From NCBI RefSeq assembly GCF_004010195.1, contig NC_057756.1, forward strand, positions 8,158,676 to 8,222,675: 64,000 nucleotides of DNA, written 5' to 3'. The position numbers and the translations under genes were made by a program. Source of the stretch: Chiloscyllium plagiosum. Lineage: Eukaryota. Below are positions 38,482 to 50,789 of this stretch, piece by piece. The notes under the pieces are model-generated. The model was not told the origin of the DNA. It was given only the letters and a program-made list of their open reading frames with translations, and made no database searches. Positions within the stretch are counted from its first letter, which is position 1; each line of letters begins with the position of its first letter.

Positions 38482-41400
38482 GAGTCATAGAGACATATAG
38501 CACGGAAACAGACCCTTTGTTCAAATGCGTCCACGCCGACCAGATATCCCAAACAAATCTAGTCCCACCTGCCACCACCCGGCACATATCCCTCTAAACA
38601 TTTCCTTTTCATAACCTATCCAGATGCCTTCTAAATGTTGCAATTGTACAAGCCTCCACCACCACTTCCTCTGGCAGCCCATTCCATACAGGTACCACCC
38701 TCTGCGTGAAAAAATTGCCCCTTAGGTCTCTTTTATATCTTTCCCCTCTCAACCTAAACCTATGCCCTCTAATTCTGGACTCCTTCATTCCCTGTCTATT
38801 TACCCTATCCATGCCCCTCATGATTTTGTAAACCTCTATAAGGTCACCCCTCAGCCTCCGGTGCTACAGGGAAAACAGCCCCAGCCTATTCAACTTCTCC
38901 CTGTAGCTCAGATCCTCCAACCCTGGCAACATCCTTGTAAATCTTTGCTGAACTCTTTCAAGTTTCACAACATCTTTCCGATAGGAAGGAGACCAGAATT
39001 GCACACAATATTCCAACAGCGGCCTAACCAATGTCCTGTACAGCCGCAATATGACCTCCCAACTCCAGTACTCAATACTCTGACCAATAAAGGAAAGCAT
39101 ACCAAACACTGCCAATTAAATCTGAATAAACACTTTTCACTTGGCTCAAAAGACCGGCACTTTATTAGATCCTGAAAGGTCTTTTCAGATTGGATGTGGC
39201 AAGGATGTATCCTTTTAGAGTCACACAGCAGGGAAACAAACCCTTTGGTCTAACCGGTCCATGCTGGCTATTATCCCAAACTCAACCAGTCCCAACTGCC
39301 TGCACTTGGCTCATGCCCCTCCAAACATTTTTTATTCATGTAATTATCCAAATGTCTTTTAAATGTTGTAACTGTACCTGCAACCACACTTCCTCTGGAA
39401 GTTCATTCCACATACAGACCACTCTTTGTGTAAAAACGTTGCCCCCATGTCTTCTTTAAATCTTTAGCCTCATCCCTTAAAAATATGCCACCTATTCTTG
39501 AAATCTCCCACCATTGGGTAAAGACACGTGCCATTCACTTTATCTATACACCTCATGATTTTACAAACCTCTTTAAGATCATCCCTCAACTTCCTACACT
39601 CCAGTGATAAAAGTCCCAGGCTATCCAGCCACTCTCTTCCATTCCGAGCAACATCCTGGTAAATCTTTTCTGAACCTTCTTCAGCTTAATAATATTCTTC
39701 CCCAGATAAATTGATGTTTTTTTTTCCCTGATTGGAGATCAGTGGCTAGTGGTGTGCGTCAGAGATCAGTATTGAGACCTCAATTGATTACAATTTACAA
39801 AGATGATTTAGAGTTGGGGACCAAGTGTAGTGTGTCAAAGCTCGCAGGTGACACTGAGATAACTAGTCGAGCAAAGTGCGCAGAGGACACTGAAACGCTG
39901 CAGTGGGTTATGGACAAGGCTCTGGTCAATGAGTACAATGTTGGTAAAGGCCATCCATTTTGGTAGGAATAACGACAAAATGGACTATTAGTTAAATGGT
40001 AAAAAATTGCAGCATGCTCCTGTGCAGAGAGGCTTGGGTGTCTTCTGCATGAATCATGAAGAAGTTGGTTTGCAGGTGGAGCAGGTAATCAAGAAGGCAA
40101 ATAGAATATTGTCCTTCATTGCGAGACAAATAGAGTTTAAAATAGAGAGTCCGTGCTGCAGCTGTATAGTGTGCTGATGAGGCCACACCTGGAGTACTGT
40201 GTAAAGCTTTGACCTCATTATTTGAGAAAGTATGTACTGGCACTGAAGTGGGGTGCAGAGGAGGTTCACCAGATTGAGTCCGGAATTAAGAGGGTTGGCT
40301 TATGAGGAGAGATTGAGTAGACCGGAACTATGCTCACTGGAGTTTAGAAAGATATAAAATTATGAAAGGAATAGATAGGAAAGAAGCAGGGAGGTTGAGT
40401 CCACTGGTGGGTGTAACCAGAACTAGGGGGCACAGCCTCAAAGTAAGGGGGAGCCAATTTAGGATTGCATTGAGGAGGAACATTTTCACCGAAATCTGTG
40501 GAATTCCCTGCCCAGTGAAGAAGTTGTGGTTGCCTCACTGATTTTTTTTTTAAGGCAAACTTAGATTTTTGAACAGTAAAGGAATTAAGGATTCTAGTGA
40601 GCAGGCGAGTACGTGGAGCTGAGTCCACGAAAAGGTCAACCGTGATCTTACTGAACTGTGGAGATGGCCTACTCCTGCTACTATTTCTGATGTTCTTATA
40701 ACAAGGCAGCCAGAATGGCACACAGTACTACAGAAAAGGCCTCACCAATGTCCTTTACAACCTCAACATGAATTCCCAACTCCTATACTCAAAGGTCTGA
40801 GCAATGAAGGCAAGCATAGTATACATCTTCTTAACTACCCTGTCTACATGTGTAGTATACATCTTCTTAACTACCCTGTCTACATGTGATGCAAACTTCA
40901 AAGAATTATGCATCTGAACCTGTAGGTCCCTCTGTTCTACAACTCTACCCAAGGCCCTACAATTATTGTATGACACTTGCCCTTGTTGGTTTTACCAAAA
41001 TGCAATACCTCATATCTATCCAGTTAAACTCCATCTATTACTCTTCAGACCATTGACTCAATCAATCAGGATCACTTTGGAATCTTAGACAGCCATCTTC
41101 ACTATTAATGATGCCACCAGCTTTGGTGTCATCACAAACTTACTAACCATGCCTTTTATATTCTCATCCATGACAAACATAAGGGGATCCAACACCAATC
41201 CCTGTGGAACACCACTGGTCTCAGATCTCCAGCCCGAAAAACAACCGTCCACCACCACTCTCTATCTCCTGCTGTTAAGCCGATTTTCTTTCCCATTGGC
41301 AAACTCACCCTGAATCTCATGTGATCCAAATTTACTAATTAGTCTATCATGCAGAACCTTGTCAAAGGCTTTACTAAGTCCAAGTAAACAATGTCTATTG

Positions 41401-41760
41401 CTCTGCCCTCATCAACTTCTTTGTTACTTCCTCAAAAACTCAATCAAGTGGGTGAGACACGATTTCCCTCACACAGAAGCATGCTGTCTGTCCCTAATCA
41501 TTCATTGCCTCTCCAAATGCATCTAAATCCCAACTTTCAAAATCACCACCAACAACTTAGCCACCACCCACAGGTCTATCGTTCCCAGGCTTTTCCTTGC
41601 AGCCTTGCTTAAACAATGGCACTGTCCAGTCACCCTGCACCTCACCCGTGGCTATAGATGATACAAATATTTCCGAATGAGCACTGCAAATTCCTCCCTA
41701 ACTTCCCACAGCACCCTGGGATACACTAGATCAGGTCTTGGGGATTTATCCACTTTTATG
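38482..41760. mobile_element. Cluster of CR1 fragments in intron 1: minus 38482-39110, minus 39218-39700, plus 39720-40700, minus 40700-41760
   Basis: [49 protein letters not shown] (with a 36-bp internal tandem duplication near 40817-40888). Confidence 0.85.
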
Positions 41761-42136
41761 GCTCTGTGCTAAATTTGCCATTTTAAAACAGAACATGTAT
41801 GTGACTTTGGAACTCATTGCCTCAGGCAATGGTACAAGTGGGAACTGTAAATATTTTTAAGGCGGGGTGGATTCTTGTTGGGCTGGGGAATCAGCGGTTA
41901 TTGGGATAGTTGGGAATGTGGAATTCTAAACATAAACAGATCAGGCATGACCTTATTGAATGGTGGAACAGGATCAAGGGGCTGAATGGCCAACTTCTGT
42001 TCCAGATTCAGATATTCATTCACACTAATTTGCTGTTATCCATGTTAGCCTCCTCTGTACTCTGTCTCCTAATTCAATGATAATTGGTTGTGTAATGCCC
42101 TATACCTCTCCCTATCTCTCTGTCTCTCTTACTCAG

Positions 42137-42493
42137 ATGTGGCGACAGAAGAATGGACAATGACAACTTCAGATCGAAAGGCCATCAGTGGGTCGTGTGT
42201 GGTTATACCTTGTACATTTGACTTTCCGTCCCACACTTACAAGGCCGTGCACGGAGCTTGGTTTAAGTACTGGTACTCATGGAAATACACTATCGCCTAC
42301 AGCAAAGATCCCAATTATAGGATGTCCATCTTTGTTGGACGCACAGATATAATTGGGGACTTGGAGCAGAAGGATTGCTCCTTGAAGATTGATAACCTCA
42401 GACCTGAAGACAGTGACAACTATTACTTTTATGTGGATGTGAAGGGATTTGATGATCACACCTTCACAAAACCAATCCAGCTACAGGTTCTAG
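42137..42493 (+). CDS. Siglec-type V-set Ig exon (domain 1) of a MAG/Siglec-like gene
   Basis: 357-nt phase 1-1 exon with ctcAG acceptor and G|GTAAG donor. GSCVVIPCTFDFP, HGAWFK, GRTDIIGDLEQKDCSLKI and DSDNYYFYVD give the Siglec cysteine pattern. Confidence 0.92.
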
Positions 42494-42594
42494 GTAAGCC
42501 CCAATCCCTGTAACAATCCATTGGGGTATGGGTCAGACTGAAAGTTGTGTGTTCAGGTCTCACTGCAGGAGATATCTCACTGATTTGTTCACAG

Positions 42595-43195
42595 GATGCT
42601 GCACTGTCAGATGGTCACTACTGGCGTAGTGCCGCACTGTTGGAGGGCCAGTACAGTGAAAATGCAGCACAGTTGGAGGGTCAGTGCTGGCGGAATGCCA
42701 TACTGTCAGAGGGTCAGTGCTGAGGGACTGCTGCATTGTCGGAGGGTCAGTGCTGAGGGACCGCTGCATTGTTGGAGGGTCAGTACTGAGGGAGCACCGC
42801 ACTGTTGGAGGGTCAGTACTGAGCAAGTGCTGCATGTCAGAGGGTCAATGCTGAGGGAGTGCAGCACTGTCGGAGGGTCAATGCTGAGCGAGCACCACAC
42901 TGTCGGAGGGTCAATGCTGAGCGAGCACCACACATGTCAGAGGGTCAGTGCTGAGCGTGCACCACACCGTCAGAGGATCAATGCTGAGGGTATGCCGCAC
43001 TGTCAGAGAGTCAATGCTAAGGGAGTGCAGCACTGTTGGAGGGTCAATGCAGAGGGAGCACTGCACTGTGGGAAGGTCAGTGTTGAGAGAGTGCCGCACT
43101 GTCAGAGGGTAGCTACTGAGGAAGTGCTGCGCTGTCAGAGGGTCAGCACTCAGGGAAGGCTGCACTGTTAGAAGGTCAGTACTGAGGGATTTCTG
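42595..43195 (-). repeat. 33-bp minisatellite array in the opposite orientation, ~100 bp after the V-set exon
   Basis: About 18 units of GAGGGTCAGTGCTGAGGGAGTGCNGCACTGTCG. Confidence 0.9.
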
Positions 43196-43936
43196 TATTA
43201 TTGACAGGTCGGTAGATGAGTCTAATAATTGCCAGTTATATTGGCTCCCGCATTTGCCATATCACTGCTTGTGAACCAGAGGAGGTCTGTGTGGAGGGAC
43301 TTGGAGATTCAGAAGAGGAGAGACTATTGCTATTTTGAACATTTTCACCATTCAGTGGAACTGAATTTGAAGTTTTGAAAATCATACAGACCTTGCCACC
43401 GTGGTTGGTCACCAGGAAGAGAGATTCAAGGAGAACTGTGCAAGGGAGCAGTGATCTGGGCAGAGAAATGGCAGGGTCAGTTCAGTGCTGAGAAGTGTGG
43501 AGTGATGTACTTTGATAGCACTAACAAAGAAAGAAAACAGACAACAAACAATTGTAGTTGGACAGACAGACATACCCATTTTGAAAGATTACACTAATAA
43601 AGTGGTTGAAACAGTACATGGGTCCCTTCTGCTTTGAACCTGAACTTGGGGTGAGTGCAGAGAGAGATCGCTGCACGGTTAGAAGTGGATGGTTCAAGCT
43701 CCAGTTCAGTACTGACCTGAGCTCCCAGTCACTACAATAAAGATGCAAAGGCTCTGGAAATGGTGCTGGAGAGATTGACCAAATGGTTCCCGGGAGCAGG
43801 GATTTTTGTGACAGGTTTCAGGTGAAGAAGCTAGAGCTGTTCCCCTCACAGTGAAGGAGACTGGGGGCAGTCTGACCAAGGTGGTGCAGATTGAGGACAG
43901 GTTTACATCAGGGAAACAAAGGAAAGCTGTTTCCAT

Positions 43937-44400
43937 TGTTATGAAGGTGTAGATCTGTACTGTACCTTTAAGACAGAGTGGTAGCTGGCACGGACCTAGA
44001 GAGGCTCAGAGTGTGCTGGAAGATTTAAAAATGTAACATTTGGTTGACACAAACAGCTGATGCTGCGTTACCATGGTACAAAACAAATTCAAATTCGGCC
44101 AGTTTAAATTATGCCCTAGATACCAAAATCTGATCAAAGTTGAATTTTACTGTTTTGAATGACATCAAACCAATGAAATGATCCAATGTTTTGGGGTATA
44201 AAATCAGACATCTTGAACAGTTAGGAGGAGAGTAGCAAAGAGCACCAATGAACACAGACTGCTAGCAGAATATCTCTCTGAAAGGTACCTGTTTATAAGA
44301 ATTTTGTGCAGCAGAAGACTGGAGAAAAGACGACCCAGGACAATCTAGAGAGGAGAATCTAGAGAGGAGAATCTATGTAGAAGAATCTACACAGCAGAAT
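43937..44400 (+). mobile_element. Possible LTR fragment
   Basis: Begins TGTTATG..., contains GGGTATAAAA, and interrupts a decayed CR1 (43400-43936); the 3' end is not defined. Confidence 0.35.
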
Positions 44401-44519
44401 CACTGTGTAACGGGTGACTGATGATACAAGGACCAGGGGAGACAGATTGAAGCTTCTGTGGAAGAGATACAGAGGGGGGGTTTGTGAGGAAAGACAGGAG
44501 TTTGGAAGAATGAGTTGGG

Positions 44520-44870
44520 GAGGTGAGGGGATATCAAAGAAAATTTAAAAATTCTGACAGGACTAGACAGGGTAAACACAGGAAGGATGTTCCCAATGAC
44601 CAGGGTAGTACACAATCAAAAGGTGGCAATCTAAGCAAAGAAGGTAAAATATTTAGGACTGACATGAGGAGAAATGCCTTTACCCAGAGAGTGGAGAGTC
44701 TGTGTAATTCTCTATCACGGAAAGTAGTTGAGGCCAAAACATGGAATGTTTCCAAGAAGGTGTCAGATATGATAATAAGGGCTAAAGGGATTAAAGGGTA
44801 TGGGGGAGAAAATGAGGAACAGGGGATGAGCTGGGTGATCAGCCATGATTATACTGAATGGCGGAGCTGA
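44520..44870 (+). mobile_element. CR1 LINE 3' fragment
   Basis: FRTDMRRNAFTQRVESLCNSL and the GIKGYG tail. Confidence 0.8.
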
Positions 44871-45127
44871 AGGTGGAATGGAAGGGGTTATTGTCAGTGA
44901 TTTCAAAAGAAAATTGGATGGATGCTTGAGCGAAATAAACTCATAGAATGACGGGAAGAGAGCAGGAGAATGGGACTAACTGGATTGCTCTACAGGGCAA
45001 GCCAGCACGGAGTGGATGGGCTGAAAGTCCTTGAGTTTTTAAGATTCTGAATTCTGACGGAATGCCATAGAACCAACCCCAACATCCTTCTAATGGATGC
45101 TAACATCTGGCTCTTCCCATTTTACAG

Positions 45128-45415
45128 ATGCTCCTGACCGTCCCAAGATGTTACTCCCAGAGGATATAAAGGAAGGGACACTGGTACACATCATCTGCAA
45201 AGCCCTCCACACGTGCCCTGATAACCCTCCCAAACTGACCTGGAGTCAACTGCCGTCTTCCTCAGTGAGTGACACCATAGAGAGCGGGGACGAGATTTCC
45301 ACAGTGCTGACTTTTAACCCTTCATACAGGCATCACAATCAAATTGTCCACTGTACATGTGTCTACCCTCAAACGAACCATCGAGTGTTCAACTCAGTCA
45401 CCTTGAGTGTGAAAT
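45128..45415 (+). CDS. C2-type Ig exon (domain 2) of the Siglec/MAG-like gene
   Basis: 288-nt phase 1-1 exon: DAPDRPKMLLPEDIKEG...ICKALHTCPDNPPKLTW...STVLTFNPSYRHHNQIVHC...VTLSVK, with the extra Cys typical of Siglec domain 2. Confidence 0.92.
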
Positions 45416-45768
45416 GTAAGTTATTGGTAACATATTGCTGCCTCTGATTGAGATTGCATTGGTCTTGTATTAAATCAGGCATTGGAGAAGGTGCAAATAG
45501 GATCTATAATGGATGATGCCAGAACTGAGAGGTTATAGCCATCAGGAGAAACTAAACAATCTGAGGCTCTTTGGTCTTGATGCTTGATGAAGCTGATGGG
45601 TGACCTGATCGAAGGTGCTTAAAATTCTGAAAGGGTTTTCCATCGGGGAAACATAGAGAAGATGTTTCCAGTTGTGGGAGCAGGGGGCCGATCATAGAAT
45701 GCACTCCCTAAAAAATCCAAATGCAATTCAGAAGAAACATCTTTCCCTCGAAAGTGGTCAGGAGGTAT

Positions 45769-46062
45769 AAATGTGGGATTCATTCCCAAAGGGAGTGGGC
45801 TGGAGGGAAATGTGGTACTCGCTCCCATAGGGAGTGGGGGTGGGGAGAATGTGAGACATGCTCCCACAGGGAGTTTGGAGGCGGGAGAATGCGGCCTTGC
45901 TCCAGCAGGGAGTGTAGGGTGGGAGGGGGTAATGCGGAGGCAGAATGTGGGACTCGCTTCTATAGGGAGTGTGAGGTGGGGGGGGGGGGGGGAGTGAATG
46001 TGGGACTCGCTCCCACAGAAATGTGGGGGGAGAATGTGGGACTCACTCCTAAGGGGAGCATT
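45769..46062 (+). repeat. G-rich ~39-bp minisatellite embedded in a CR1 3' end
   Basis: About 7 degenerate units of AATGTGGGACTCGCTCCCACAGGGAGTG, between CR1 pieces at 45480-45770 and 46062-46240. Confidence 0.75.
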
Positions 46063-46917
46063 GGGGTGAATTATTTCAATGTATTTGAGTGGGAGAAGTT
46101 GGATAAACAGATGAGGGAGAAATGGAGAGAAGGAGATGGTGATAGGGATGGCAGATGCTGAAGAGGTTGGAAGCAGGCTGGTGTGGGGCAGAAACACCGG
46201 CATGGAGAGGAGAGGAATGTTCCTGTGTTGTAGTTTTGTTGTAATTCTGTGTAAAATTATCTGCGGGTCAGGGACCAACGCAGTTTATACACATACTAAA
46301 CTTGAAGTTGTCTGCAGCTCATTATTATTTTCAATTGCTATCTATATCTGGTGGTTAAACCTTATTCTCTTGCATAGTTATTTACATAATGTGGGTAAAG
46401 CTGGCTGGACCAGTATTTACTGCTACTTGAGAAGGTGGGGGTGAGCTGCCTTCTTGAACCGCTGCAGTCCATTTGCTGTAGGCAGACCCACAATGCACAA
46501 TGCCCTTAGGAAAGGCATTCCAGGATTTTGACGCAGTGAACCAGATGATATATTTCCAAGTCAGGATGGTGAGTGCCTCAGATGGGAACTTGCAGGGGGT
46601 GTTGTTCCCACGAATCTGTGCTCCTGTCCTTCTAGATGGAAGGGGTCATGGGTTTGGAAGGGGCTGTCTAAGGAACCTTGGTGAATTTCAGCAATGTATC
46701 TTGTAGACGGTACACACTGCTGCTACTGAGTGTCGATGATTGAGGGAGTGGATGCTTATGGATGTGATGCCAACCAAGCAGGATGCTTTGTCCTGGATGG
46801 TGTTGAGTTTCTTGAGTGTTGTTGGAGCTGCACCCATCCAGGGCAAGTGGGGAGTATTCCATCAGACTCCTGATTTTATCCCACTAGTTAATATGTTGAT
46901 AATTTTGTATTTGAAAG

Positions 46918-47175
46918 ATTCTCCTCACAACACATCGGTCAGGATGACAACAGGAAAAGGAAAGACCGTTTCTTTAATCTGTTCCAGTGATGGGAATCCA
47001 GCAGTTCACAGATTCAACTGGTTCAAGATTTCCAAAGGGAATGTCACCAATCTGACATTATCTGGTCAAACTATCACTGTTCCTTATGGATTTGAGGTGG
47101 AAATCTCCTACTACTGTGTTGCAACAAACAGCCTGGGCAGCTCACAGTCTCTCCCTGTTCATATTCCCACAGAAT
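46918..47175 (+). CDS. C2-type Ig exon (domain 3)
   Basis: 258-nt phase 1-1 exon: YSPHNTSV...VSLICSSDGNPAVHRFNWFK...YYCVATNSLG; T|GTGAGT donor. Confidence 0.92.
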
Positions 47176-47980
47176 GTGAGTACTTTTAATCCTCGTTTTA
47201 AAACAACTTCACATCACCTTGAAGCTTCCGGATGAAGCGAATACCTTTTCAGTCAGTGTTCTGTCATTCAGAAGTTTTAACGCTCTCTCGGATGATTCCT
47301 GGAACATGGGTCAAAAAAAATGTCAGGGTTCAGGTGTAGCAAGTGCTTTGGAATGCAAGTGGGTTGTTGATGGTTGTTCCAATGGGAATTGGGAACAAAA
47401 GTTAATGGTGTTGTTACAGCTGTGTGGTGCCCTGAACACATTTGGAGAACTGGTCTCATCACTGAAACAGTAGAGGTGGCGGTGTACAGGAAATGTCACT
47501 GGCCTGATAATCCAGACCCCACCCCAGCTCATCCTCATGGGGGACATGACATTCCAACCTACCATGTCAGATGGTGATATCAAAATTCAACAAAAACGCA
47601 GAATAAAAAAGCATCTTCATGCAACCACTGTCAATTATTACACAAACCTACTGGGTTCACTAATATCACAGTCACAGATAGTCATAGAATCATACAGCAT
47701 GCAAACAGACCCTTCAGTCCAACTAAATCTGTCATTCCTACCCAGATATTGATGTGGTTGACAATTAACTGCCATCTCAAACAGCCCCCGCAAGGCACTC
47801 AGTTTTATTCCCAAGGATCAGTTAGTGATGTAAAAATGATACAGGCTCACCATTATCAAATACATTAAAATGGAACAGAATGCATTTAATGGAACAGAAA
47901 TAAGACTTTAAACTGGGTGCAGAATTTACAAAGGACGATTCCAGAACTAAGAGATTATAACTACCAGGGGAAACAAAAAA

Positions 47981-48116
47981 GGAGAAAGTGAGGGCTGCAG
48001 ATGCTGGAGATCAGAGCTGAAAATGTGTTGCTGGAAAAGCGCAGCAGGTCAGGCAGCATCCAAGGAGCAGGAGAATCGACGTTTCGGGCACAAGCCTTTC
48101 CAGCAACACATTTTCA
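47981..48116 (-). mobile_element. Penelope family-1 terminal insert with a 20-bp inverted cap
   Basis: 48097-48116 (TTTCCAGCAACACATTTTCA) is the reverse complement of about 48018-48037; flanked by AAACAAAAAA...GG direct repeats. Confidence 0.8.
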
Positions 48117-48595
48117 AACAAAAAAAAAGGCTGGGTTTCCTTTCTCCAAGAAAAAAGCTGGTTGAGGACGAAATGAAACCAGAAAATGCTGGCAGTGTCT
48201 GTGGAGTTAATGTTTTTGTTAGCTTTAGAATGAGGAGGCGAAGGAATGACCTGATTGAGGTCTTTAAAATTCATGGAGATGTAGAGAGGATGCTTCCAGC
48301 TGGGAGATGGGAGTGAGGGGCCACCAATAGAAGGCAGCCCTAAATAACTCCAATGGGTTAATTCAGGTTTTGGTAAGTGTGAAGTTCAGAATAAGATGGA
48401 ATAGTGGCAGATGAGGTAAATGAGGAGAAGTATGAGATATATGTGTTGGCTCACATACACACTTTGGTGCAAAGAACATGGAGAGATAAAATAAAGGGTA
48501 GAAGTATGTACAGGAGCATGGAAGGTGGCAGGACCAGTGAGGAGCAGTTAATAGAGCATACAATGTCATAGGTTTCATTAACAGGTGCTTAAAGT

Positions 48596-49281
48596 GCGTC
48601 GGGTAGGTTTTGGCGTCACCCTTTTAGCGCTGATCATTTGGCCCCGCTGTTTTGGCTCTGAACTGTTTTGGCACTCATTAGTTTGGCACTGAGCTGTTTT
48701 GGCGCCAATTCAGAATTGAAAAAAAGTCTTGTTTGGTTAAAGAAGAGAGGATGACTAACGACCCGATGTAATTTTCTCAACTAGTAAGAGTTGATAGTCA
48801 AAGCTGTAATGACCCACTGTAGATTCAAATCTCGTTTTGCAATCATTTTCTCATTTAACAACTGTTAATAGCCTTGATGATACTTAAGCCCTTCTGTCTT
48901 CACATTGGAAAGCTGTAATACAATTTTCTTTGTATTTTCTTGAACAGCGCCTAGCAGAAATGGCTGAAAACATTCTAAGCAAGAGAGACGAACCAAAATT
49001 TTCACACAATGGTTATCTATATGTGTTTGATAAATGTAGCAAAATGTAGAAATTCATTTTTATAATGGATAGGTTAAAAATAATGAATAAAAAAGAATTA
49101 GATTTATTTCTTACAATGCAATAAAAACTAATTTCTTACGTGGTCTACAAGACATTTTTTATTCTGAATTGGCGCCAAAACAGCTCAGTGCCAAAGTAAT
49201 GAGCGCCAAAACAGTTTAGAGCCAAAACGGCAGGGCCAAATGATTGGCGCTAAAAGGGCGGCGCCAAATAGTCCCATTCCG
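48596..49281 (+). mobile_element. Non-autonomous Mutator-like (MULE) DNA transposon derivative
   Basis: ~130-bp imperfect TIRs built from TTTTGGCRC subrepeats. 9-bp TSD GCTTAAAGT (48587-48595) / GCTTAGAGT (49282-49290) in a CR1 host. Internal stub at 48960-49049, MAENILSKRDEPKFSHNGYLYVFDKCSK, resembles a FLYWCH N-terminus. Confidence 0.75.
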
Positions 49282-49802
49282 GCTTAGAGTACAGCAGCAA
49301 AGAAGTGATTTCAACTGTACAAGGTACATGTTAGACCTCAACTTGTGTATTGTGTACAGTTGTGGGCACCACATTATAGGAATGATGTGAATGCACTGGA
49401 GAGAGAGTTCAGAAGATATTTACAAGAATAATTCCAGGAATGGTAACAGAAACTTTAGCAAGGAGGGTAGATTGGAGAAGTTGGGACTGTTCTCCTTAGA
49501 GAGGAGAAGGCTGAGGAGAGATTCATGAGTGGTCTGGACAGAGTGGAAAGGGAGAAACTGTTCCCACTAATAAACAGAGGAACAAACAAGGGGAACAGTT
49601 TGACAATGTTTTGTAAAACAAGCAAATGTAAATCACAGAAAATCTTTATCACACAGAGAGGTTTGGGTCTGGAATGCACTGCCTGAAATTGTGATGGAGG
49701 CAGGTTCAATTGAGACACTGGAGAGGAAATAGGACGTTTATTCAAACAGACACAATATGTTGGGTAATGGGGAAAAGGCAGGAGATTGCCTTTCTGAATT
49801 GT

Positions 49803-49898
49803 GGGAGAAAGTGAGGACTGCAGACGCTGGAGATCAGAGTCAAGAGTGTGGTGCTAGAAAAGCACAGCAGGTCAGGAAGCATCCGAGGAACAGGAGAA
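49803..49898 (-). mobile_element. Penelope family-1 3'-terminal insert
   Basis: Direct repeat CTTTCTGAAT at 49790-49799 and 49901-49910; body matches the other family-1 copies. Confidence 0.78.
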
Positions 49899-50156
49899 CT
49901 CTTTCTGAATGGTAACAATTCTGAGACTCTCCAAACTAAGGGAAAGGGGGTAGTTAGTTTCAGGGTTTTAAGCCAGTGATATTGAAGGATCGGCGATGTT
50001 TCCAAGTGAGGATGGTGAACAAACTGGAGGAGAACTTTCAGGGGGTGGTGTTCCCATGTATCTGATGTCCTTGTCCTTCTAGATGGAAGGGGTCATGGAT
50101 TTGGAAGGTGCTGTCCAAGGCACCTTGAGGAAGTTGTGCAGTGTACCTTATGGACG

Positions 50157-50789
50157 TATGGTGATGCTGCTCATTTAACAAGGTTATGCTGTCCTTGGCG
50201 TTTTATTCAGAGAAGTGGTAAAAGACACAGACTCCGAAAAGTTTAAGTTTGAAGGTTTTAAGGCCAATTTGATACTGCCTCAGGCAAAAGGCTTTTAAGT
50301 TTAAAAAAAAGCACATACAATGAAAGGACGGTGGCCAGTTCTCCCACCTCAGCTTTTCTCTGGTTTGGTTTGGTTTTTTGACAGTCTAGCTATTCACTGA
50401 AAGCAGTCAGGCAGTTGTGAAGCTGCTGGACTCAAAGAAGCAGCTCCATGCTAATCCTTCCTCTCCTGTAAGACCCTGTATTGGATTTTACCTTTTGCGC
50501 CAAGGGATATTTGTGGGGATTGTTGCAAATATTTGGAATAGCATCATTAAATTGAAATAATCTGTTTGGGTTTTCCGAGAGGTTAAGTTATTCTGTATTC
50601 TGTTCTCTTTTGCTTGTGTTTCATTCGGTATTCTTGCAAATAAATTCTGTTTCATTTAAAACTAAGTAGGTTGACCAGCTACATCCCTCCTGGAATATCC
50701 GTGTTACACCTGCTTAAAACAACGAGTAAAATTAGGGTCTGGGCTACTTTCTTGAATTGTTTTGAGAGGGTCTGGCCTGGTCCACAACA
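50157..50789 (+). mobile_element. Probable solo LTR, ~633 bp
   Basis: Ends ...GGTCCACAACA with an AATAAA near 50639; 4-bp flanks GACG / GATG. Splits an old repeat that is contiguous upstream of the domain 3 exon (about 46700-46720). Confidence 0.6.
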
